From Deltaproteobacteria bacterium (GTDB lineage: Bacteria; Myxococcota; Myxococcia; Myxococcales; 40CM-4-68-19), in assembly GCA_025358085.1 (NCBI GenBank), contig JANYKT010000140.1, forward strand, positions 40,225-104,224: DNA of 64,000 nt, read 5' to 3'. Under the pieces are notes generated by a model. That model was not told where the DNA came from. It did not search any database and saw only the letters and a program-made list of their open reading frames with translations. Made by a program: the position numbers and the translations under genes. This document shows positions 10,074 through 19,895 of this stretch, piece by piece; positions within the stretch are counted from its first letter, which is position 1, and each line of letters opens with the position of its first letter.

Positions 10074-13000
10074 CCGGGCTCTCGCTGCGCAACCCCATCG
10101 CGGTGCTGATGGCGTGCATCGCCTTCGTCGTCTTCGCGCTGGTGGTGACCCCGCGCATGAGCGTGGACGCCTTTCCCGAGCTGACGCCGCCGGTGCTGGT
10201 GGTGGGCACGCTGGCGCCGGGGCTGGGTCCGAAAGATGTCGAGAAGACCATTACCTGGCGCATTGAAAAATATGTCAGCGCGACGCCGGGCGTGGAGCAT
10301 GTCGAGAGCGCGAGCCGCAACAACCTGAGCGTGGTCTATGTCTGGCTGCAGTGGGGCACCGACCTCAACTCGGCACAGACGCTGGTGCAACAACAAGTCG
10401 CCTTCGCGATGAGCGCGGTCCCCAAGTCGCTGGGCGTCCTGCCGCCCTTCGTGCTGCAATACGACCCTTCCAATGCGCCCGTGGTGCAGGTGACGGTGAC
10501 CGGCGGAGGCCTGACCGGGCCGCAGCTCTATGACTTCGCACTCAACAACATCGAGCCGGTGCTCGAGGGCATTCCCGGCGTGGCGAGCGCATCATTGAAC
10601 GGCGGCCGCCAGCGGCAAATCAACATCCTGGTCGATGCCGCCCGGGCCCAGGCCCGCAAGGTGACCACCGGCGATGTCGCGGCCGCGGTGGGCAAGGCCA
10701 ATGCCTTGCTTCCATCGGGCGAATTCATCAATCCAAAGTTCGACGCCAACGTCTATACCAACGCGGTCGCCGCGCGCGTCTCCGACATCGGCGAGGCAAT
10801 GGTCAAGGTGAAAGACGGGAAACCCGTTCTGATTCGCGACGTGGCCAAAGTGGAAGATGGCGGCCAGCCCGAAACACAGGCAGTGGCGGTCAATGGACAG
10901 GATGCGGTCTATCTGAATGTCCTGCGGGTTCCGGGCGGCAATACGCTGCAGATCGTCGATGCGGTGCAGCTCGCGGTGAAACGCCTGAAAGGCCTGCCGC
11001 CGGGTCTGGAAGTGAAAGCCATCTTCGATCAATCAACCTTCGTGCGCACTTCCTATCACGGGCTCAAGAAGGAGATCCTGCAGGCGCTGGTGCTGGTCTC
11101 GCTGGTGATCCTTCTCTTCCTGCAGAGCGTGCGCGGGACGGTGATCGTCTCCCTGGCCATTCCGTTCTCGTATGCCATTACACTGATCGTTCTCTATATC
11201 TCCGCTCAGACACTCAATGCCTTCACCCTGGGAGGCCTGACTCTCGCCATGGGCCCTCTGGTCGATTACTCGGTGGTCGTCCTTGAATCGATTCACCGGC
11301 ACCGGCTGAGAGGCTTCTCCGCCCTGGACGCAGCCCTGCGGGGCACCGAGGCAGTGGTCCTGCCCGTGCTCGCTTCCACGCTCTGCACCATGTCCGTGCT
11401 GCTGCCGGTGGTGCTCTTCGCCGGGCTGGCAAAGAAGCTCTTCGTCCCGCTCGCGCTCACGGTCGCGGTGGCGATGGCCGCCTCCTTCTTCGTCTCCATC
11501 TGCGTGACTCCGGTGGCCTCGCGGTACCTGCTCGGGCACGCGAAGCCCGGACCGCTCGCGCAGTACGTCTCCCGCGGCATCGGCCGTCTGGTCGAGGGAT
11601 ATGCCGGCCTGCTGGAGCGCGTGCTGCGTTTCCGCTTCGCGGTCATTGCTGCCTGCACCGTGCTGGTGGTGGCCAGCGTCATCGCGGCCATCAAGCTGCC
11701 CAGCACCTTCTTTCCCGAGATCGACGAATCAATGGAGCGTATCTATGTCCGGCTCGCGCCCGGCACCTCGCTGCACGATTCAGCAGCATTGATGAATGAC
11801 ATGGGCCGCGTGCTCAAGGACGAACTCCCCAAGGGCAACGTCGAGCTGGTGTTGACCAATGTGGGATCTCCCGCCAACGCCCGCAGCGCCATGAACAGCC
11901 CCAACGCCGGCCCGCATATGGGCTTCATCCGCCTGGCGCTGGTGGATGCCGGGGAGCGGTCGCTGTCGCAGCGCGAGCTCGCCGACAAGATCCGCGAGAT
12001 CCTTAATCGGCGATTCCCGGGTGTCGAGTGCCTGCAGTGGCCGGGAGGCCTGGTCGCCAGCGTCTTTGCCAATGGATATATCGCGCCGCTGGTCGTCGAG
12101 GTGCGCGGCGACAACCTGGCGCAGCTGGACGAGAAGGCGCGCGCCGTCGCCGAGGTAGCGCGGACCGTGCCGGGCTTGCGCGACATCTATCCGACGCTGC
12201 AGCTCGATTATCCCGAGGTGCGCGTCGAGACCGACCGGCAGGAGGCGGGCCTGGTCGGCGTGGACGCGCGCGGCGCCGCGCAGGCCACGCTGGAAGCGAC
12301 GCTCGGCAACATCAATTCGCCGAGCGTCTGGGTCGATGGTTCCAATGGCCAGTCCTATTATGTCGTCACCTCGCTGGACGCGGCCTCGGTGCCGGACCCG
12401 AACGGCCTCACCCGCGTACCGGTGCGGGTCGGCGAGAATGGCGCGGCGGTCACGCTCGGCGCCTACGCAAAGATTCGACGCTCGACCGGGCCCATCGCCA
12501 TCGAGCGCAACCAGCTCGAGCGCGCCGCGCACGTCCTGATGCAGACCGAGGGCCGCGACATCGGCAGCACCGCGGCCGATCTGGAGCAGCGTCTGCACAC
12601 GGACCCGCGGACCCGCGACATCAACTTTGAATTCGTCGGCCAGGTGGCGCTGATGCGCAACACCTTCTCCGGCCTGGGCGTCGCCATCGGCCTCGCCATC
12701 ATGCTGCTGTTCATGATCATGGCGACGCAATTCAAGTCGCTGCGCCTGCCGTTCGTGATGTTGATGACCATCCCCTGCACGCTCATCGGCATCGTGATCG
12801 CGCTGATGGCGGCCGGCCAGGGCTTCTCGGTCACCGCGCTGATGGGAATACTGATGGTCGTCGGCATCGCGGTCGCGAACGGAATCCTGCTGGTCGATCA
12901 CGCCGTGGTGCGCATGACGAACGACGGCCTGGGAAAGCTTGCGGCCATCATCGACGCAGGACGTACGCGCCTGGTGCCTATCTTGATGACCAGCTTCGCG

Positions 13001-13222
13001 ACCGTCATCGGCCTGGTCCCCACCGCGCTCGGCCTCGAGGCAGGCACCGAGGCGAACCGCCCGCTTGCGCTGGTGGTGGTCGGCGGCCTGACTTCCTCGA
13101 CCGTGCTCTCGCTCTTCCTGGTGCCGGTGATCTTCCTGCTGGTCGCGCCGTCGACGATGCGCGCCCTCGAGCCCGCGGAGCCTGTGCACCAGCCAATCCC
13201 GCCTGTCCCGCAAACCGCCTGA
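10070..13222 (+). CDS. RND efflux permease (AcrB/CzcA superfamily)
   Basis: 1050 aa, 12-TM pattern, RNPIAV, FFPEID, NGILLVD, RLVPILMT, VVGGL. Confidence 0.95.
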   Translation: MTGLSLRNPIAVLMACIAFVVFALVVTPRMSVDAFPELTPPVLVVGTLAPGLGPKDVEKTITWRIEKYVSATPGVEHVESASRNNLSVVYVWLQWGTDLNSAQTLVQQQVAFAMSAVPKSLGVLPPFVLQYDPSNAPVVQVTVTGGGLTGPQLYDFALNNIEPVLEGIPGVASASLNGGRQRQINILVDAARAQARKVTTGDVAAAVGKANALLPSGEFINPKFDANVYTNAVAARVSDIGEAMVKVKDGKPVLIRDVAKVEDGGQPETQAVAVNGQDAVYLNVLRVPGGNTLQIVDAVQLAVKRLKGLPPGLEVKAIFDQSTFVRTSYHGLKKEILQALVLVSLVILLFLQSVRGTVIVSLAIPFSYAITLIVLYISAQTLNAFTLGGLTLAMGPLVDYSVVVLESIHRHRLRGFSALDAALRGTEAVVLPVLASTLCTMSVLLPVVLFAGLAKKLFVPLALTVAVAMAASFFVSICVTPVASRYLLGHAKPGPLAQYVSRGIGRLVEGYAGLLERVLRFRFAVIAACTVLVVASVIAAIKLPSTFFPEIDESMERIYVRLAPGTSLHDSAALMNDMGRVLKDELPKGNVELVLTNVGSPANARSAMNSPNAGPHMGFIRLALVDAGERSLSQRELADKIREILNRRFPGVECLQWPGGLVASVFANGYIAPLVVEVRGDNLAQLDEKARAVAEVARTVPGLRDIYPTLQLDYPEVRVETDRQEAGLVGVDARGAAQATLEATLGNINSPSVWVDGSNGQSYYVVTSLDAASVPDPNGLTRVPVRVGENGAAVTLGAYAKIRRSTGPIAIERNQLERAAHVLMQTEGRDIGSTAADLEQRLHTDPRTRDINFEFVGQVALMRNTFSGLGVAIGLAIMLLFMIMATQFKSLRLPFVMLMTIPCTLIGIVIALMAAGQGFSVTALMGILMVVGIAVANGILLVDHAVVRMTNDGLGKLAAIIDAGRTRLVPILMTSFATVIGLVPTALGLEAGTEANRPLALVVVGGLTSSTVLSLFLVPVIFLLVAPSTMRALEPAEPVHQPIPPVPQTA

Positions 13223-13234
13223 AGACGCAGCAGA

Positions 13235-13370
13235 CAGGGGGTCGAGGGGGTCCGCGGCGCGACCGTACGGTTCGTACGTTCTGACCGATTTGAGCGCCCC
13301 GACACCGGTCTTCCCCGGGGGCGAAACGTACGAAACGTACGCTCGCCGCCGGACCCTGCCCTCCCCCCTG
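13235..13370. repeat. Long imperfect inverted repeat (REP-like) between convergent genes
   Basis: Arm CAGGGGG...GGTCCG...CGTACGGTTCGTACGTT (13235-13280) pairs with AACGTACGAAACGTACG...CGGACC...CCCCCTG (about 13325-13370). Confidence 0.65.
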
Positions 13371-13404
13371 GCAGCAGGGAGCGGCAACCCGGCTGCTTAC
13401 TTCA

Positions 13405-13893
13405 TCATTTCCATTCGACGCGCAAGACGGTCAGCTCCAGCTCTCCCGCGGGGCGGCGCACGCGCACGGTATCGCCCTGCTCTTTTCCCAGCAGCGCGAG
13501 CCCGAGCGGCGCTTCGTAGGAAATGCGGCCCGGGCCTAGCTCTTCAATCAATTCATCACCGCCGACGATTTGATAGATGTGCTCCGCGCCGTCCTCGTCC
13601 TCGACCGTCACCGTGGCCCCGAAGAAGGCGCGCGACGTCGCGGCCCGCAGAGCCGGATCGACCACCTCATACTTCTCCAGCTGCTTCTGCAGCCGATAGA
13701 TGCGTGCGTCGATCTCGCGGAGCTTCTTCTTGCCCAGCTTGTATTCGTAGTTCTCGCTGCGGTCCCCGTGCGCCGCGGCTACCGACACTTCCGCGGTCAC
13801 GCGCGGCCGGTCCTTGTAGAGCAGCTGCTTCAGCTGCCCGTGCAGTCGCTCGAAGCCCGCGCGGGTGATGTATTTTTTTCGTGCTTGTTCCAC
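13405..13893 (-). CDS. greB: Transcription elongation factor GreB
   Basis: YIT..GF..L, RP.VT..V..AAAHGDRSENYEYK.GKKKLREID.RI, FFGATV, IS.EAPLG.ALLGK; GTG start at 13893. Confidence 0.9.
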   Translation of the reverse strand: MEQARKKYITRAGFERLHGQLKQLLYKDRPRVTAEVSVAAAHGDRSENYEYKLGKKKLREIDARIYRLQKQLEKYEVVDPALRAATSRAFFGATVTVEDEDGAEHIYQIVGGDELIEELGPGRISYEAPLGLALLGKEQGDTVRVRRPAGELELTVLRVEWK

Positions 13894-13923
13894 GGCGCTT
13901 TGCCTTATGGCAACCTCACTCCA

Positions 13924-14297
<374 letters not shown>

Positions 14298-14301
<4 letters not shown>

Positions 14302-14990
14302 AACAGCAGATCCTCATCGTCGACGATGAGCCGGACCTGATCCGCCTGCTCGAGTACAGCCTGCAGCAAGCGGGCTTCGAGACGGCCACGGCGGCCGACG
14401 GAGAGTCGGCGCTGGCAAAGGCGAGGCGGCGTGTCCCCGATCTGATTGTCCTCGACCTGATGCTGCCCGACCTGCCCGGCACGGAGGTCTGCCGGCAGCT
14501 GCGGGCGGACAAGCGTACGCAGGCGGTGCCGGTCATCATGCTCACCGCGCGCGGGGACGAGGTCGATCGGGTGGTGGGCTTCGAATTGGGCGCGGACGAC
14601 TTCGTGACCAAGCCATTCAGCGTGCGCGAGGTCGTGTTGCGCATTCGCGCCATCCTGCGCCGCGGGGCCGGGTCCGACGCCAGCGGCGATCCGCGACTGG
14701 GCGTGGGGCCGCTGCGCATCGAGCCCGACGCGCACCGGGCTTTCGTCGACGGTGCAGAAATCGCGCTCACCGCGCTGGAGTTCAAGCTCCTGGGCACTCT
14801 CCTCTCGCGGGTGGGGCGCGTGCAGACGCGCGACCAGTTGTTGCGTGAGGTCTGGGGCATGTCGGGCGATTTGCAGACCCGGACCGTGGACACGCATGTC
14901 AAGCGGCTGCGCGAGAAGCTCGGCAGCGGGCGCGATCTGCTCGAGACCGTGCGCGGGATCGGCTACCGGATCATCGACCCCGCGGATTGA
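14298..14990 (+). CDS. phoB: OmpR-family response regulator, PhoB-like
   Basis: REC plus winged helix (TRTVDTHVKRLREKL, TVRGIGY); next to a PhoR-like kinase and a phosphate transporter. Confidence 0.8.
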
Positions 14991-14993
14991 TCA

Positions 14994-16124
14994 ATGGCAA
15001 TCTTTGGCCGCGAGCCGACGCTGGATGAAGCTCTGTCGGTCTTGCGCCGTCGCCTCGACGAGAAGGGGCCGCTTCCTAAATCTCTGGTCGATCTGGGACA
15101 GCGCCTCGCGCTGCGCGAATCGCCGCGGCCTGGAGGCGATCCGAGCCTTCCCGAGATGGTCGCTGCCATGCCCGACGCGGCCGCGGTGATCGACGGCGCG
15201 GGTCGCTTCATCGCCGCCAATCGCCCGCTCGAAATGCTGCTCGGCGCGAAAGTCCTGGGCCGTGGCTTGCTCGAGGCGACGCGCAGCCACGAGCTGGCAG
15301 ACGCGGCCTGGCGCGCGCTCGCCGGCTGGCCCGCAAGCCGTGAGATGACGCTGCCCGGTCCCAACAAAGTGGTGGGCGCCTTGCTCGCGCCGCTCTCGCA
15401 GGCGCGCGCGCTGCTGGTGCTGCGCGATCTCACGGAGCAAAAGCGGCGGGAGTTGGTCCGGCGCGACTTCATCGCCAACGCCAGCCACGAGCTGCGCACG
15501 CCGGTCAGCGCCATCAGCGGCGCGGTCGAGACGCTCCTCTCGGGACTGCCGCTTGCCGAGGAGGCGCGGCCCTTCGTCGAGATGATCGCGCGGCATGCCG
15601 AGCGGCTGGGCAACTTGAGCAGCGACCTGCTCGATCTGTCGCGTCTGGAGAGCGGCGAGTTCCGGCCGGAGATGGAGCCGCTCGACGCGACGCTGGCAAT
15701 GAGCGTCGCGCTGGAGCTGGTGCGCGCCAAGGCGGCCGAGAAGAAGCTCGAGCTGCGCGTCGAGGGTCCGCCGGGTCTTCGCGTGCTGGCCGACGCTCGA
15801 GCGCTGGAGCAGATCTTCGTCAACCTGCTCGACAACGCCATCAAATACACTCCCGCGCTCGGTCGCATCACCATGGTGGCCGAGGCGCGCGGCGGGAAAG
15901 TGGTGCTCTCGGTGACGGACACCGGGCCAGGCATCGAGCCTCGCCACCAGCAGCGGCTCTTCGAGCGCTTCTATCGCGCCGACCCGGGACGCTCGCGCGC
16001 GGCGGGCGGCACGGGGCTGGGTCTGGCCATCGTCAAGCACCTGGCCCAGCTGCAGGGGGGCGAGGTGTTTGTGGAGAGCAGTCCCGCGGGCAGTCGCTTC
16101 TGGCTGCGGTTCACGCAAGGCTAA
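14994..16124 (+). CDS. phoR: Sensor histidine kinase, PhoR-like (no obvious TM segment)
   Basis: PAS-like segment, RRDFIANASHELRTP, NLLDNAIKY, FERFYRAD, GGTGLGLAIVKH. Confidence 0.8.
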   Translation: MAIFGREPTLDEALSVLRRRLDEKGPLPKSLVDLGQRLALRESPRPGGDPSLPEMVAAMPDAAAVIDGAGRFIAANRPLEMLLGAKVLGRGLLEATRSHELADAAWRALAGWPASREMTLPGPNKVVGALLAPLSQARALLVLRDLTEQKRRELVRRDFIANASHELRTPVSAISGAVETLLSGLPLAEEARPFVEMIARHAERLGNLSSDLLDLSRLESGEFRPEMEPLDATLAMSVALELVRAKAAEKKLELRVEGPPGLRVLADARALEQIFVNLLDNAIKYTPALGRITMVAEARGGKVVLSVTDTGPGIEPRHQQRLFERFYRADPGRSRAAGGTGLGLAIVKHLAQLQGGEVFVESSPAGSRFWLRFTQG

Positions 16125-16135
16125 AAACTCGACCT

Positions 16136-16153
16136 TCGTCACTCAGCTGTCAC
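16136..16153 (+). promoter_or_regulatory. Putative Pho box
   Basis: TCGTCAC-tcag-CTGTCAC: two heptamers at 11-bp period upstream of DUF47-pit. Confidence 0.6.
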
Positions 16154-16215
16154 CTGGACGACGCTCAGCCGCCATGTAGCCGCGGTATGGGCTGCGCTCC
16201 TCAAGGGAGGCGACC

Positions 16216-16842
16216 GTGCTCGAGAAGCTGATGCCGAAGTCCGACGAGTTCTTCGACGACTTCGAAGAACAGGCCGTGACCACCGTGCAGGGCGCCGAGG
16301 CGCTGCAGGCGCTGATCGATGATTTCACCGACGTCGAGCGCAAGGTCTCGGCCATCAAGGACCTGGAGCACAAGGGCGACGACGTCACGCACCGCGCCTT
16401 TGAGCGCCTGCACCGCCAGTTCATCACGCCCTTCGACCGGGCCGAGATCCACCGGCTGCTGTCGCGCATCGACGACGTGCTCGACCTCACGGACTCCGCC
16501 GCCGAGCGGATGATGCTCTACGAAGTCGGCACTGTTCCGCAGGCGGCGAAAGATCTGGTGGCGGTGCTGGTTCCGATGACCCGCAAGATGCTGGAGGCGG
16601 TGCGCGGCCTGCGGCATATCAAGCATCCCGAACAGATCTTGACTGCCTGCCGCGAGATCAAGACGCTGGAGAGCCAGGCCGATGCGGTGGGCCGCACCGC
16701 CATCGCGGCGCTTTTCAAGAGCGGCGCGGACGTCCTGACCATCATCAAGTGGAAAGAGATCTACGACCTTCTGGAGACGGCCACAGACCGCTGCGAGGAC
16801 GTATCGAATGTGATTGAGGGCGTCGTGCTGGAGCACGCTTAA
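16216..16842 (+). CDS. DUF47 / PhoU-like Pit accessory protein
   Basis: LEHKGDD, FITPFDRAEI, IDDVLD, WKEIY..LE.ATDRCEDV; SD GGGAGG. Confidence 0.9.
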   Translation: MLEKLMPKSDEFFDDFEEQAVTTVQGAEALQALIDDFTDVERKVSAIKDLEHKGDDVTHRAFERLHRQFITPFDRAEIHRLLSRIDDVLDLTDSAAERMMLYEVGTVPQAAKDLVAVLVPMTRKMLEAVRGLRHIKHPEQILTACREIKTLESQADAVGRTAIAALFKSGADVLTIIKWKEIYDLLETATDRCEDVSNVIEGVVLEHA

Positions 16843-16843
16843 G

Positions 16844-17866
16844 ATGTTCCCGGTCGTCGTCGCGTTGATCGTGCTGGCGTTGGTATTCGACTTCATCAAT
16901 GGCTTCCACGATTCGGCCAATTCGATCGCCACCGTGGTCTCGACTCGCGTGCTCTCGCCCGGGCTGGCAGTGGCCTGGGCCGCGTTCTTCAACTTCGTTG
17001 CTGCCTTCGGCGGCGGGGTGAAGGTCGCCAATACAATGGGCAAGGGAGTGATTCAATTCGAGATGCTCAAAGCCCAGGGGACGGCGCTGGTGCTGACCGT
17101 CATCTTCTCGGCCCTGCTTGGCGCCATTTTGTGGAATCTGCTGACCTGGTGGTGGGGCCTGCCGTCATCCTCGTCTCATGCGCTCGCGGGCGGGCTGATC
17201 GGCGCGATGCTGCCGGCGCTGGGCGTCAAGGGACTGGTTGCTGACGGCATTTTCAAGATCGCCATCTTCATCGTGATTTCGCCGGTGGTCGGCATGATTC
17301 TCGGCATGGTCTTCATGATCGCGACCAGCTGGATCGTGCGGAAGTCCTCGCCCTGGCAGGTGGACAAGTGGTTCCGCCGCCTGCAGCTCGTCTCCTCGGG
17401 GATCTTCTCCTATGCGCACGGCACCAACGACGCGCAGAAGACCATGGGCATCATCGCGGTGGTGCTCTACGGCACCATCTGGAAGGACCGCGTTTTCGCG
17501 GTGCCGTTCTGGGTGATCCTGCTGTGTCACGCGGCGATGGCGCTCGGCACCAGCTTCGGCGGCTGGCGCATCATCCGCACCATGGGACACAGCCTGACCA
17601 AGCTGCAGCCCATCGGCGGCTTCTGCGCCGAGACCGGGGGTGGCGTCACCATTCTCGCGGTAGCCGCTTTAGGCATCCCGGTCTCCACCACGCACACCAT
17701 CACCGGCGCCATCGTCGGAGTGGGCGCTACCCGCGGCAATCGCGCGGTGCGCTGGGGAGTGGCCGGCCGCATAGTCTGGGCCTGGATCTTCACCATCCCG
17801 GCCGCAGCGGGCGTGGCCGCCGCGGTCTTCGTGGTCACGCGGGTGCTCAGCGCATTTATTGCATAA
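16844..17866 (+). CDS. pit: PiT family inorganic phosphate transporter
   Basis: NGFHDSANSIAT, GLPSSSSHAL, HGTNDAQK, PVSTTH. Confidence 0.95.
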   Translation: MFPVVVALIVLALVFDFINGFHDSANSIATVVSTRVLSPGLAVAWAAFFNFVAAFGGGVKVANTMGKGVIQFEMLKAQGTALVLTVIFSALLGAILWNLLTWWWGLPSSSSHALAGGLIGAMLPALGVKGLVADGIFKIAIFIVISPVVGMILGMVFMIATSWIVRKSSPWQVDKWFRRLQLVSSGIFSYAHGTNDAQKTMGIIAVVLYGTIWKDRVFAVPFWVILLCHAAMALGTSFGGWRIIRTMGHSLTKLQPIGGFCAETGGGVTILAVAALGIPVSTTHTITGAIVGVGATRGNRAVRWGVAGRIVWAWIFTIPAAAGVAAAVFVVTRVLSAFIA

Positions 17867-17971
17867 AGGGCTCACCAGTAAGCCGGCCAATGCAGTCCTG
17901 CCAATTTGCGTAATGACTGCGCCGTCGCCAACTTCTGCAATCGAGCGGCATTGCCGCCAAGGAGACGACGT

Positions 17972-18358
17972 ATGGTCAAGAAGCTTTCTTCCCTCACTCT
18001 AGGGCTGGCGCTCGCCGGCCTGCTCAGCGCAGGTGCAGCCACGGCGCAGACCCCGCAGAACAACACCGCCGAGGTGGAAAACCCTCACAGCCCTGACAAT
18101 GCCAAGCGGCCGGACAACAACGTGCCGCGCGCCGAGACCAACGCGATGGCGAGGCCGGCGGAGGACGCGAACGTCGACAGCACCGACAACAAGAACCGCG
18201 TCGCTCCCGAGGGCGCCGGGCCCAGCGCGACCGGGAATGCCGAGGCGGGCAATCCGCACAGCGTGGTGAATCACAAAGGGCACCACAAGGTTGCTCACCG
18301 GAAGGCCACCGACCCGAAACCAATGGCCACGCCGGCCGCGCCCGCCGACAACAAGTAA
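17972..18358 (+). CDS. Small secreted low-complexity hypothetical protein
   Basis: SD AAGGAG, Sec signal ending ATA-Q, repeated AExxNPHS. Confidence 0.75.
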   Translation: MVKKLSSLTLGLALAGLLSAGAATAQTPQNNTAEVENPHSPDNAKRPDNNVPRAETNAMARPAEDANVDSTDNKNRVAPEGAGPSATGNAEAGNPHSVVNHKGHHKVAHRKATDPKPMATPAAPADNK

Positions 18359-18373
18359 GCGGCACCCGAAGCG

Positions 18374-18413
18374 ACGAAGGCCGCCGGCGCTCATCGCGCG
18401 CGGCGGCCTTCGT
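18374..18413. terminator. Hairpin between convergent genes
   Basis: ACGAAGGCCGCC...GGCGGCCTTCGT. Confidence 0.65.
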
Positions 18414-18432
18414 GCATTTGAGTCAGTGATCT

Positions 18433-19662
18433 TTAGAAGATGTTGTTCCAGTGCAGCAGGAACGACTTGGTGCTGGCCGCGGACAGCGTGGTGTTGCCCG
18501 CAGCGTCCTTCGACTGCCCGTGATTCACCGTGAACTCGGCGTTGACGTGGTTGAAGTTCTTGTTGAAGAAGAAGTTCAAACCGACCTTGAAGTTGCGGCT
18601 GTCGCCCTTGGTGCCGTTGAGCGGCGCACACTGCGCAACCGTAAGGGCGCCGTCGCACGAATCAGCGGAGAAAAATTCGTAACCGACATACGGGGCGATG
18701 GCGCCGAAGCGATAGCCGATGTTACCAAAGCCACCAATGCCGGTGTCCACGGAGTTGCTGCCGTTGCGGTCGAAATAGACCGTGGCCTCGGCAACCAGCT
18801 CGGCCGCTTCGGTCATCGGCAGGTTCAGATACATGTCGGCCGAGAACAGCTGCTGGTCGGCAATGCCCAGGGCACCGGTCGCGTCGCCGTTCTTGCGCAG
18901 CGCCTGCGACTGGTAAAGAGCGGAGCCGCCGACGCTGAGGATGGGGTCCTTGCCCCACTTGTACGCGCCGTACAGCCAGCCGCCTTCCTCGCTGCCGATG
19001 ATGTCGAAGTTGATGAAGCCGGCGAACTGCGGGTTCGACTTCGGCGTGAGCTGATTACCGGCTTTGCCTGGGTCAGCGACAGCACTGGTTCCCGGGCGAA
19101 CGCCTTCATAGACGCCGCCGCGAAAGCCAACCTTCTTGTTGAAAGCCCAGCCGCGAACCTGCACGCCGGTGTCGCGCAAGCCGGTGAGCGAACCCGCGTT
19201 CAGGCCGCGGACCGCGTCGGTCTGGATGTCGGCGGTGATGAAGTTGGTCGTGCTCTGGAGGCCGTTGTGGCTGAACGGAATCAAAAGCAGGCCGGCGTCG
19301 ATATAAAGGACGTTCGGGCCGGTGATGCCGGTCGGAGCCCAGCCAACCCACGCGTCCTGAATGATCGCGCGAGAGTTGAAGTTGCCCTTCTTGCCGTAGT
19401 TCGGATTATCGACCTGGATCAGGTAGCTGAAGTTCTGGTTGATGTCGCCGTTCAGCAGCAGGCGCGAGCGGCGGATGAAGAGATCGTAGCTGTTGTCGTT
19501 GGCGTTGACGGCGCCGTTCTCCTGCATCAGGAACTGCGTCTGGAGCTGGAAGCTCAAGTTCAGGGTCGCGCCCTCGATGGGGATGGGGATCTTGACAGCG
19601 TGCGCCGCTGCCGGAATCAGGAGAGTCGCCAGGGCGACGGTGAGAACCTTTGTGACTTTCAT
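18433..19662 (-). CDS. Outer membrane porin (OprO/P-like beta-barrel)
   Basis: Signal peptide ending AHA, IRRSRL..NG, QDAW, RDTGVQVRG, alternating beta pattern, C-terminal Phe. Confidence 0.75.
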   Translation of the reverse strand: MKVTKVLTVALATLLIPAAAHAVKIPIPIEGATLNLSFQLQTQFLMQENGAVNANDNSYDLFIRRSRLLLNGDINQNFSYLIQVDNPNYGKKGNFNSRAIIQDAWVGWAPTGITGPNVLYIDAGLLLIPFSHNGLQSTTNFITADIQTDAVRGLNAGSLTGLRDTGVQVRGWAFNKKVGFRGGVYEGVRPGTSAVADPGKAGNQLTPKSNPQFAGFINFDIIGSEEGGWLYGAYKWGKDPILSVGGSALYQSQALRKNGDATGALGIADQQLFSADMYLNLPMTEAAELVAEATVYFDRNGSNSVDTGIGGFGNIGYRFGAIAPYVGYEFFSADSCDGALTVAQCAPLNGTKGDSRNFKVGLNFFFNKNFNHVNAEFTVNHGQSKDAAGNTTLSAASTKSFLLHWNNIF

Positions 19663-19895
19663 GGGTCGTTTCCTCGGGGACCAGGGGGAAGCTGTGGTGC
19701 GGGAGCGCTCTCGGAGGGCGGCTGCCAACTGGTGCGCACTCTACTCATCGGCTATCGAATTGCAAATGTTGCAAGCGTGACGTTACCGAAACGCTGATTT
19801 TGCGCGGCTTGCAATTTGGTCAGGCGGGTGATTATTTCGCCGCCCTCCCTGCAGCGTCGGCTCCCAATTGCGGCGCGGTGTCAAAGGACTATTTC

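Noticed and set aside
19783-19794. TTACCGAAACGC shared with the stem at 38601-38632
   Set aside because: Only two sites in unrelated contexts; could be chance.
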